Source: Octopus bimaculoides
Taxonomy: Eukaryota
DNA length: 64,000 nucleotides
Assembly (NCBI RefSeq): GCF_001194135.2
Contig: NC_068985.1
Location: forward strand, 13,174,151 to 13,238,150
Direction of reading: 5' to 3'
The position numbers were made by a program, and so were the translations under genes. This document shows, in pieces, positions 13,419-23,660 of the stretch. Within the stretch, counting starts at the first letter, position 1, and every line of letters begins with the position of its first letter. The notes beneath the pieces were generated by a model. It was not told the DNA's origin. It did no database searches and saw only the letters and a list, made by a program, of their open reading frames with translations.

Positions 13419-13452
<34 letters not shown>

Positions 13453-13695
13453 CATATATGTGTGTGTGTGTGTATGTGTGTGTTTGTGTGTGTGTGTGTG
13501 TGTGTTTTTGTGTCTGTGTTTGTCCCCCCTACTATTGCTTGACGACCGATCCTGGTGTGTTTGCGTCCCACATAATTTAGCGGTCCGGCAAACGACACCG
13601 ATAGAATAAGTTCTGGGGTCGATTTGTTCGACTAAAGGCGGTGCTCCAGCATGGCCGCAGTCAAATGACTGAAAGAAATTAAAGAGTAAAGGAGT
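13245..13695 (+). mobile_element. SINE family B
   Basis: Same head, internal microsatellite and tail as 12249. Confidence 0.8.
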
Positions 13696-15123
13696 AAAAT
13701 ATATACATATATATGACTGTATTTGTACATATGTACTTACATGCTTACATCTATATATGTCTACATATATATATATATANNNNNNNNNNNNNNNNNNNNN
13801 NNNNNNNNNNNNNNNNNNNNNNNNNNNNNNNNNNNNNNNNNNNNNNNNNNNNNNNNNNNNNNNNNNNNNNNNNNNNNNNNNNNNNNNNNNNNNNNNNNNN
13901 NNNNNNNNNNNNNNNNNNNNNNNNNNNNNNNNNNNNNNNNNNNNNNNNNNNNNNNNNNNNNNNNNNNNNNNNNNNNNNNNNNNNNNNNNNNNNNNNNNNN
14001 NNNNNNNNNNNNNNNNNNNNNNNNNNNNNNNNNNNNNNNNNNNNNNNNNNNNNNNNNNNNNNNNNNNNNNNNNNNNNNNNNNNNNNNNNNNNNNNNNNNN
14101 NNNNNNNNNNNNNNNNNNNNNNNNNNNNNNNNNNNNNNNNNNNNNNNNNNNNNNNNNNNNNNNNNNNNNNNNNNNNNNNNNNNNNNNNNNNNNNNNNNNN
14201 NNNNNNNNNNNNNNNNNNNNNNNNNNNNNNNNNNNNNNNNNNNNNNNNNNNNNNNNNNNNNNNNNNNNNNNNNNNNNNNNNNNNNNNNNNNNNNNNNNNN
14301 NNNNNNNNNNNNNNNNNNNNNNNNNNNNNNNNNNNNNNNNNNNNNNNNNNNNNNNNNNNNNNNNNNNNNNNNNNNNNNNNNNNNNNNNNNNNNNNNNNNN
14401 NNNNNNNNNNNNNNNNNNNNNNNNNNNNNNNNNNNNNNNNNNNNNNNNNNNNNNNNNNNNNNNNNNNNNNNNNNNNNNNNNNNNNNNNNNNNNNNNNNNN
14501 NNNNNNNNNNNNNNNNNNNNNNNNNNNNNNNNNNNNNNNNNNNNNNNNNNNNATATATATATGTTCATGCACACACATACATATATGTATGTATAATTGT
14601 GTGTATATACGCTGACAAAGAGACAGAGCGAGGTGGAGAGCGATGGTGAGATAAATAGATAGATATTGATGGATGGATGGATGGATGGATGGATGGATAC
14701 AACCTTACACATGTATACAGGGAGAGAGAGTGTGTGGGAGAGAGAGTGTGTGGGAGAGAGATATAGGGGTTAAATTTTGTAATTTTTACGCCTAGAGGGT
14801 TCACGAAACCTATATATTTATTTAAACAGTTGAAAACTATACAATATTTGTTCCTGTTTCATATGCAAATTTAGAATGAACATTTTAGTAGAAAGGAAGG
14901 GAAAAGTGTGCGTTAATGGCTACAACCTTTGGGCTGAAACATAAAGTATTTAAAGAATAAAAGAATATTTACAATTTTTATATGCCATCTATTTGAGAAA
15001 CTCAAAACACATTTACTCTTTTTATTTTACTAATTTTAAATATACGTTTCAAGGGGAATTCAGTAAAGAATGATTTGAAAACCTTATATTGAGATTTATA
15101 ACGGTGGTTAATTCTTTTCCATT

Positions 15124-15306
15124 TTAGGCACCAGGCCCGTAATTGTTTTGGAGAGGAGGCCAGTCGATTAGATCGAACCAGTATGCAACTCGTACTTAAT
15201 TTATCGACACCGAAAGGATGAATGGCAAAGTCGACCAGGGCGGAATTTGAACTCAGAACATAAAGACAGACGAAAATATCGCTCAGCATTTCGCCCGGCT
15301 CGCTGC
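15124..15306 (-). mobile_element. SINE family A monomer
   Basis: Reverse complement of the family A core (cgaaaggatgaatggcaaagtcgacc...ggaatttgaactcagaac). Confidence 0.75.
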
Positions 15307-15382
15307 CCTATAACGCTAGTCAATTGAGAAACACATGATAACGTTTAGTTTCTTATAATACATCAATATAAAACTAAATTAA

Positions 15383-15818
15383 AGGCGGCGAGCTGGCAGA
15401 AACGTTAGCACTCCGGGCGAAATGTTTAGAGGTGTTTCGTCTGCCGTTACATTCTGAGTTCAAATTCCACCGAGGTCGACTTTGCTTTGATCCTTTCGGG
15501 GTCTATAAATTAAGTACAGGTTTTTGCACTGGGGTCGATGTAATTGACTTAATCTCTTTGTCTGTTTTGTTTTTTTTGTCCCCTCTATGTTTAACCCCTT
15601 GTGGGCAATAAAGAAATAAGAAACGTTAGCACGCTGGGTGAAATGCTTAGCTGTATTTCGTTTGTCTTACGTTCTGAGTTCAAATTCCGCCGAGGTCGAC
15701 TTTGCTTTTCATGCTTTTGGACGTCGATAAATTAAGTGCCAGTTGTGTATTGGGTCGATCTAATCGACTGGACCCCGACCCCAAAATTTCGGTCCTTGTG
15801 CCTAGAGTAGAAAAGAAT
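15383..15818 (+). mobile_element. SINE family A dimer with 15-bp TSD
   Basis: Two tandem monomers with the junction caataaagaaataaga|aacgttagcac. TSD aatataaaactaaat at 15365-15379 and 15816-15830. Confidence 0.85.
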
Positions 15819-17164
15819 ATAAAACTAAATGAAATACGATGAGCACGTTTACTTAAAAATTATAAAGATAAATTGCAGAGATATATTATCAAGATGAAAG
15901 TGAAGCCTTAAGAAGTTTAGTCATCGGAATTTTCAATTCCTTTCAACAATTTCCTTATTAACTACTTTTCTTTCTTCTTTTTATACAAACATTAAAATGG
16001 CAACCGAAAAACGTGTCGAATTTTAATAAACCGACAGTAAGCTTGTACAGTTGGCTATTGCATGTTGCTTTCGTTATTGCATTATTTCGCTGCGAACTCA
16101 CTATAGAAAAAATGTCAGCTTTGTATCGATTGAAAGTTTGATGTTTCTTTAAAGAAAAAATAATAATAATAAAAGATGGAAAATATTCAGCAATGATAGA
16201 ATTTAAGCAGCCAAAGGTCACTTTCTACGAGAGACATTCCGCGTGAGACATTGGTTTATGATCAACTAGGTCGCATGAGACATGGTTTGTCATCTGGCGG
16301 GTCGCATTTCTTTGATTTTTTAACGAACATTATTTTCCTCGGGAAATTTGACGTGTCGTTCAGAAAGCCCAGTTGGCTTTAGTTTTCCCGTAACTGATTT
16401 AAAGAATAAGAATAATCATAAATAAACCATTTCAGGTTTGGCCTCAGACAATCAATAATGCATCCATGTAATACATTTATTCTTTTTTTCTACGTAAATA
16501 TGCTCAATATACCTCTCTTCTATTTCTTATTCTGAGAAAGAATACTAAAGGGAATATATAAAATATTGTTTCTCAAAATAAAATCCTTTATAACTACAGA
16601 TATATCACCTTTAAGGACATTTTTATATTATCTTCCCTTGTACTTTTCACGCGTTCGGTTTGACTTTTATATAATTTGAAGCTTCGTCTTTACACGTTCA
16701 GAGGTCTGCCGTTTGCAGCACTATATACGTGTATATATGTATGTATATAAGTATGTATGTATGTATGAATGTACGTATGTATATATGTATGTATGTATGT
16801 ATGTATGTAGGTATGTATGTATGTACATACTTACATATACACTTACGTACATACATGTGTTAATGCTTGCATCTATGGCGACTTATAATTTAAAAAATAT
16901 ATTAATTCTATAGAATTCGAAGTTTCAGCTTGAGTAGCCATCAGTTGACTATCCGATCAAGGTTATTAGCTGGCTGAAACTTCCAAGTTACCATCAAGAC
17001 TATTCGTAGTAAATAATAATATATCCGTGCGTATATATGCATACATGCATATACATATATACACAAATAAAATTCAGTTACATGCACACACACACACACA
17101 CACATATATATATGCCAACATACATGCATGTGTATGCGTTTCTAAATGTGTGTGTGTGTGTATG

Positions 17165-17214
<50 letters not shown>

Positions 17215-17844
17215 TGTGTGTATACATACCTAAACCGTAACAGTAATACAGAGACGAAAGAATGTTGTGTGACTACATGTTGTATCTGCTGGGAGTGGTG
17301 TAAGTAACATCTACCATGCAGAGAAAATGAGACAAAACACAAAAGAGTGTCTGAAAGTAAAATTGATTGAGAGAGACGGCGATAGAGTAAACTGCATCCA
17401 TAGATTTTATAAGCAAATAGATAAAGAGAGAAAGAGAAGAGGAGGCAGAGAGAGTTTAATATTTATGAAAATATAATAAATTTCCAATAAAGCTATCTAT
17501 TTCAACATTGGAGTGCATTCTTTTTAGTCTTTTGCATTTCATTGATTTTGTTACTTTGTAATCGATATATTTCGCTTTGAAATTCCCTTGCGAGAAATTC
17601 AGGTAAATATTTTTAAAACATTAAAAACAAATTTCGCTTAAATATTGTTTAACTTAATATTGAGAGTGGATTGATTGTGGAGGATGAGGGATTTATGAAA
17701 GATCTGCGGCTTATTAAAGAATTTATTGCTTAAATCAGCAGCGACGAAAAATGGATGGGCAATTTAATAATTGCCTCGCTCTTTTAAATTTTTTCTTTTG
17801 TCATTAATGTTAATGTAAACAAACTCAATACTTTATCTCGCACA

Positions 17845-18118
17845 ATGGTGACGATGATAACGATGATGGTGATGATGATGATGATGATGATAAGGAGGAG
17901 GAGGAGGAGGAGAAGGATGACGACGACGATGACAACGATGACGTCGATGGCGTTGACGACCTGGAGTACGGCGGCAGAGACGAGAAAGGAGATGGTAAGT
18001 AATCACAATAGACATGATATAGATTGATGACGACAGACGACAACATTTATGATAACAATCGTCGATAACGATCTTGAATTTTAAGACGATGATGATGATG
18101 ATGATGATGATGATGATA
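17845..18118. repeat. Compound (GAT)/(GAG)/(GAC) trinucleotide tract
   Basis: Seen directly. Confidence 0.9.
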
Positions 18119-18335
18119 TCAGAAAATTTGCAGTAAATTGTTCTAATCCAAGTGTAATTAATTGTAACACAATAATTGACCATTAACACAGGCACCGTGT
18201 CGCGAAACACTGGGGGCCGGTTAATGCAACTGAAATACAAATAAGTTACGGTGGATTTGTACACCAATCGCGAAGAAAAAGAAGTACTGCATGCAATTTG
18301 TTCCACCTCTCTAGCGTTTTGGCCAATCCACTATC

Positions 18336-18409
<74 letters not shown>
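18336..18409. repeat. (ATT)n microsatellite
   Basis: Seen directly. Confidence 0.95.
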
Positions 18410-18633
18410 GTTCAGTAGTTTCATTTTTATAACGTGCTTTCACTTCTCTACCGAGCGCAGCTCTGTGCGCCTTGGGTATGTGCTGTGGTTTGCTGTGATG
18501 CTCTTATGGTTACTGTATTGAANNNNNNNNNNTAACGTGCTTTCACTTCTCTACCGAGCGCAGCTCTGTGCGCCTTGGGTATGTGCTGTGGTTTGCTGTG
18601 ATGCTCTTATGGTTACTGTATTGAAAGCTATTA

Positions 18634-18693
<60 letters not shown>

Positions 18694-19211
18694 GCATTTT
18701 CTTTCAATTCTGTTTCCATTTCTTGCCGAGTGTCTTCCTGACACTCAGGGCAGAGAAACATACTGTATACATTGGTAGGCCATTAAAACAAACACACCAG
18801 ATTGTTCATTTACAGAGTCATGTCTTAGAGTAAAAAGGGAAGACAGAGAGAAAAAGGAGAAATTAATAAAATAGAAAAGTAAACAAATAGAATAAAAGGG
18901 GGAAAAGGAAAGAAAATTCACAGAGACAATGCTCTTCTCAATACGTGTGACGTACCAGTTAAGACAATCTTTTGCACATCCTGCATGGATAGTAAGCCTG
19001 GGATCATTCTGAAATAATTTTCAATTCCATTTTTTTATCATTCCAAGAGCTCCGACAATCACTAGTATTGTAACGGTCTTGAGATTCCCCATCTTTTTGA
19101 TTTCGATTAGCAAATCCTTATTTTTTCTGAGTTTATCAAATTCTTTTACCGGGATATTATGATCACAGGGTATTCTCACGTCAATCAATAAACAGATTTT
19201 TCTTCTTTCAT

Positions 19212-19430
19212 CATTATTATTATTATTATTAGTTTGTTTTGGCTCAGGTTCGGTCTTATTCTTGGTAGGATTTATGTGGGTAGGGTATTACTACCTGTAA
19301 CTTCAGGTATCCACCAATTTCCACCTGTCTTCCAAGTGCATAGAACGCTCCTGATAATCCTTGCTGGCTCTAAGATACAAACTTTCTGTTGGAGCTCTCT
19401 TTTAGCCATTTGTCTATATCTTTATATTGA
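19212..19430 (-). mobile_element. R4/Dong LINE extreme 3' end of another subfamily
   Basis: The minus strand encodes LQQKVCILEPARIIRSVL, followed by a UTR and a (TAA)n tail at 19231-19212. Confidence 0.6.
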
Positions 19431-19445
19431 ATTATTATTATTATA

Positions 19446-19617
19446 GTTCAAGAAGTGATTTTAAATTCTCAAACGCAGGATAATGCTCATAATATAGCCT
19501 GGACAGGATACGCTACCCTATTTTGCAGAAAAAGGTGTAGGTTGTTAGCTATGATACTCAAACTCACACCTCCGTGATTACGCGTCGCGGTGCTCTGACC
19601 GATTGAGCTAAACTCTC
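19446..19617 (-). mobile_element. Candidate SINE: tRNA-Thr(CGT)-like head plus R4/Dong LINE tail plus (TAA)n
   Basis: Head TAGCTCAATCGGTCAGAGCA-CCGCGA-CGCGTAA-TCACGG-AGGT-GTGAGTTTGAGT at 19617-19551. The segment 19540-19446 aligns with few mismatches to the LINE 3' UTR at 19854-19757. Confidence 0.6.
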
Positions 19618-19756
19618 CCACTACAGATTCCTCTGCAAATTTCAGATGTATAGAAATCTCGCTTTATGAGACGCTATCATATGCTGAATTCAAATTACGA
19701 TAAACGTAAACAAACAAACGAAGTTTGCTTTTAGAAGCGCTGAGATGTCTTAGAAA

Positions 19757-19990
19757 GTTAAAGAAGTGATTTTAAATACTCAACCGCAGGATAATACTAA
19801 TAATATAGCCTGAACAGGATAAACTACCCCTATTTTGCAGAAAAAAGTGTGGGTGGCGCACAGCAGATTAGACTGTTAGAAAAAAATTCTAACATCGGGC
19901 TACCTTAGATGCCAAGAACGCTCCTGAATATCCTAGTTTTCTTCTGGAGCTGTACTAAACTGGGTTTTATCTCTATTTCCTCTATCCATT
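19757..19990 (-). mobile_element. R4/Dong LINE extreme 3' end
   Basis: The minus strand encodes IEIKPSLVQLQKKTRIFRSVLGI* (TAA at 19907-19905), a variant of the terminal LQKxxLLGTARILRxVL motif, followed by a 3' UTR. Confidence 0.65.
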
Positions 19991-19999
19991 ATTATTATT

Positions 20000-20940
20000 T
20001 TTAGTGTTGTCATTGGTTTTATTGTTCTAGTTGTTGCTGTTGTTATTTATTTTTAATCTGCATGTTTGTTACAAACACTTGTCGAGACACAGCCAGCGTC
20101 CTGGGGCGAGTGAAGGATAATATATGTTACCGTTTGACTGAAAGCTTGGGGATGGGAAGTAGCAGGGGCAGTAGCGAAATATCTTCATGTAATACAACAC
20201 AGATATTTAAATTGATGGGTTTTTTTCTAAGGATGTGAGAAATACTTGTCTGCACAATCTTTGGGATTTCTTTGAGACATGTTTCTCCTGGGATGTTATC
20301 TAGATGTTGCTAACATCGCTTTTATACCTAGGGCACCTACAACATCAGTAACATTTTTCGCTTTACGATCCCACATATTTTGTATTTCAATTTCCAGGTA
20401 CTTATATTTATTTAATTTGCCAAATACCTTTACAGATATAGTTTTTTATCAGTGGGAACACTTACATCTATTAATCTACAAGTATTTTCGTCCCTGATTA
20501 TTCTGCCCGTGCCAAGGAGGCAAAACTTTTGTAATAGTTCTACTGGGCACTCTATTCCGATCTCTTTATATTCCTGTTGATGCTTTCTGATACTGTCCCC
20601 AATGTTTGTGGACTTCAACGATTTGTATGATATTACAGATGCTATCCAAATATGTGCTACGAATGATCATAGTGTTCGCATTGTTCAAACTAACTTTATC
20701 AATGCGATTATATATTTTTTTCAAGAGGAAATGTTCGTGTTCACATTTCTACGTTTGATCAATTATCACAGGGTCCTTATATTTTTTATCTTTGTTAAAA
20801 TGTCGCAAGCTGCTTTCTTTTGTTTTTCTTTTTTCTATTTTTTTTCCTCCTTTATCATCACTAAGGCTTCTCCCACTAATATGACAGTTACCTTTGATGA
20901 TTACTATTGACGCCACATTGAAAACACAAAGAAAATGCAA
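20000..20940 (-). mobile_element. R4/Dong-clade LINE 3' fragment (RLE domain plus 3' UTR), chimeric
   Basis: The minus-strand translation gives TCRLIDVSVPTD, KYKYLEIEIQ.MW, VVGALG and an embedded IGIECPVELLQKFCLLGTGRIIR. The 3' UTR ends in an AAC/AAT-rich tail near 19990. Confidence 0.75.
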
Positions 20941-21224
20941 ATGGCCACTGAATCAAGAAAACATACAGTTAAAACAATGTAAAAGCGAAACTATCTCCAT
21001 TCCAGCCTGGACCTGGGTGGTGGCGTAAACAACTTAAGCTAAAACGTTTCTGTTAGTATTGCACGACAAATTGAAAACCAAAGAGAAACTACATTTTCAT
21101 CAAGTTTTCAAAATAAAAACCATTTTCAAAGCAAGCGCGCTATTAAAACGTGTCCACTTGGATATTGATTCGATGATGACGACGACGACGACGACGACGA
21201 CGACGATGATGATGATGATGATCC

Positions 21225-21440
21225 TTTCTACTATAGGCTCGAGGTCTGAGATTTGGAGGGAGGGAGCCAGCCGATTAAATCGACACCAGTACGCAACTAG
21301 TATTTAATTTATCGACCCCCAAAGGATGAAAGGCAAATTTAACCTGGGAGGAATTTGAACTCAGAAGAACGTAAAGACGGACGAAATACAGCTAAGCATT
21401 TCGCCCGACGTGCTAACGTTTCTGCCAGCTCACCGCATTA

Positions 21441-21510
<70 letters not shown>

Positions 21511-21720
21511 GTTTCAAATTTTGGTACAAGGTCAGCAATTTTCAAGGAGAGGTTAAGTGGATTAATTTTACCCTAGTGCTCAACTGGTACTTATTTTATC
21601 GACCCCGAAATGATGAAAGTCAAAATCGACCTCAGCGAAATTTTAACCCAGAACGTAAAGATGAACGAAATGCTACGAATCGTTTTGCCAGATATTTTAA
21701 TGATTCTGGTAACTGGGTGC
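21225..21720 (-). mobile_element. Two family A SINE copies separated by (AAT)n (21440-21508)
   Basis: The family A core appears twice in reverse orientation. Confidence 0.75.
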
Positions 21721-22169
21721 CATAAAAAAACAGCAACAACAACGAAAACAACAACAACAACAACAACAACAATAATAATAATGAATATTGATGCTAGTGA
21801 TGATGATGATGATAATAATCACAACAACATCAATAGATGTAACAATAATTGTTTCAATTATAGGTACAGTCGTTTTAGTATTTGGCAAAGAGACAATTTA
21901 TCAAAAATACGAACGTCATAGTATGCTTAGAAAATCAGCCCTGAGGGTTTGTGTTTTGTGTGTGTGTGTGTGTATACATGTGTGCGTGGTGCGACAGAGC
22001 GTATGTTTGCATGTATATATACATATGTATATAGATATGTATAAATGTGTGTGTGTGTAGCAGTATCATCGGTTCAAAGGGAACAACAGTGTCTAGGGGG
22101 TGTCAAACAATACCTGTCAGTATGAATACTGCTTTCACCTGTTATATATATATGTATGTAGGTATGTAT

Positions 22170-22370
22170 ATCTGTAAAAATATGTGGCACTTATTCTGTG
22201 GCCATGATAAAACTCCGAGTTTCGGATGCCGGGGTGGGAACATCTCTTCAGTTATCCGATTTTCAATGGCCGGATAACTGAAGAGATGTTGGCGTGGGGT
22301 CCCGCCCCGGCTTCCGAACCTCAGAGTTTTATCATGGCTCCCGAATAAGTGTCACATATTTTTTACAGAT
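22170..22370. repeat. 201-bp fold-back (long imperfect palindrome)
   Basis: The arms atctgtaaaaatatgtggcacttattc...gccatgataaaactc...cggatgccggggtggg match the reverse complement of the right end. Perfect 20-bp inner stem 22239-22258 / 22271-22290. Confidence 0.85.
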
Positions 22371-22449
22371 TAATTCCTCTATTTACATAATATCGATGTC
22401 TTTTTCTTTCTTTTGTTTTCCTCTCTATCAATATATATATATATATATA

Positions 22450-22625
22450 TAAGAGGGAAAAGGACATCAAAAACCAAAGAAGAACGAATAACAAGTCATT
22501 TAGAATATTTAATTAGATTAAGGTGAATATTAACTAATTAATTAATTTCACCTTACTCTAATTAAATGTTCTAGATGACTTGAGATACACGTCCTGCCTT
22601 GGTTTTGTTGTCCTTTCCCCTCTAA
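22450..22625. mobile_element. MITE-like palindromic element in a (TA)n tract
   Basis: Termini agagggaaaaggacatcaaaaaccaa / ttggttttgttgtcctttcccctct, with an inner palindrome caagtcatttagaatatttaattaga..aaggtgaa / ttcacctt..tctaattaaatgttctagatgacttg. Confidence 0.7.
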
Positions 22626-22779
22626 TATATACCTGCTAACTCGGAAGCCTACTACGGATCCCTAGCCCCAGCCTCAGAGCTGTGAACTTAGAACCTAATG
22701 GATGACCAATTATAGCATTTACGCAGCGTATCTGTTCGTTTAGATCACCAGTGAACTAAACCTCTCGTATTCGTTGTTC

Positions 22780-23660
22780 TGAAAAAAGTTCGTTTTCTAT
22801 GATTTCGTATTTATGTTTTCGTTTCTCATTCTGTTTAAGGTTTTTTTTTATGTCTTGTACCCATATATGCATGTATATATACATATATATGTAGGTATGT
22901 ACATATATGTATGTATATATGCTTATATTTATATATTATTTATATTATTATATGATCGAAAGCCACGCATCCTTTTCCAAGTAAGTTTTATCTTAATAAT
23001 TACGATGCGCACTCTTCTTCAATCTCTACTATCTCTTCTCTGTCTATCTCTCTCACACTCTTGTTCTTCATCCTTTCTGTTTTTTTCTCTCCCACCATTT
23101 CCATTTTCTTCTCCTCTCCCCTTCACCGTTCCCCCTCTTTCTCACTCTTCTTCCTTGACTCTCTCGTCGCTGACACGTGACGAAAGGGGATCTATCTTTC
23201 TGTCCATTTCTTTCCTAAAGAAAAGACGTGCCTTTGCCAGTCTCCTCTCTTGGCTCGTTCTTCTTGCGTTCATAATATTTTTTCTATCGTCTTGGCTCAA
23301 CAGCCCTCACCGTTTGTTTTTACTGTCTTGTTCTCACTGTTCTGTTCTTATTACCACTTTCAACCTCCGCAAGGAATCCCAAATTTTATTCAATTTGCTT
23401 TGCGGGAAGGACTGTTTCAACGAAGTCGCGTATTGTCCTTACCTTCGAAACGCGGAGTAGATGAAACAGGGACAACGGACGAAGGGGTATACTCTTTATG
23501 TTACATGACTCGCTTCCCTGTTTGTTTTTTTCGCTGTTCGAAAAAAAGTTCGTTCGCTATGTTTTCGTTTCTCATTGTGTTTAAGGTTTGTTTTATGTCC
23601 TGTACCCATATATGCATGTATATATACATATATGTGTATGTATGTACATATATATATATA
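22780..23660 (+). repeat. Direct repeat pair of about 125 bp (22780-22905 and 23535-23660)
   Basis: Both read aaaaaagttcgtt...tatgttttcgtttctcatt.tgtttaaggttt...ttatgtc.tgtacccatatatgcatgtatatatacatatat. Confidence 0.75.

Noticed and set aside
18430-18625. Exact 93-bp tandem duplication
   Set aside because: The two copies flank a 10-N gap, which is typical of unmerged overlapping contig ends (assembly artefact).
23410-23470. Possible further hammerhead (cgaag...cttcGAAAC)
   Set aside because: The CUGANGA half of the core is absent.
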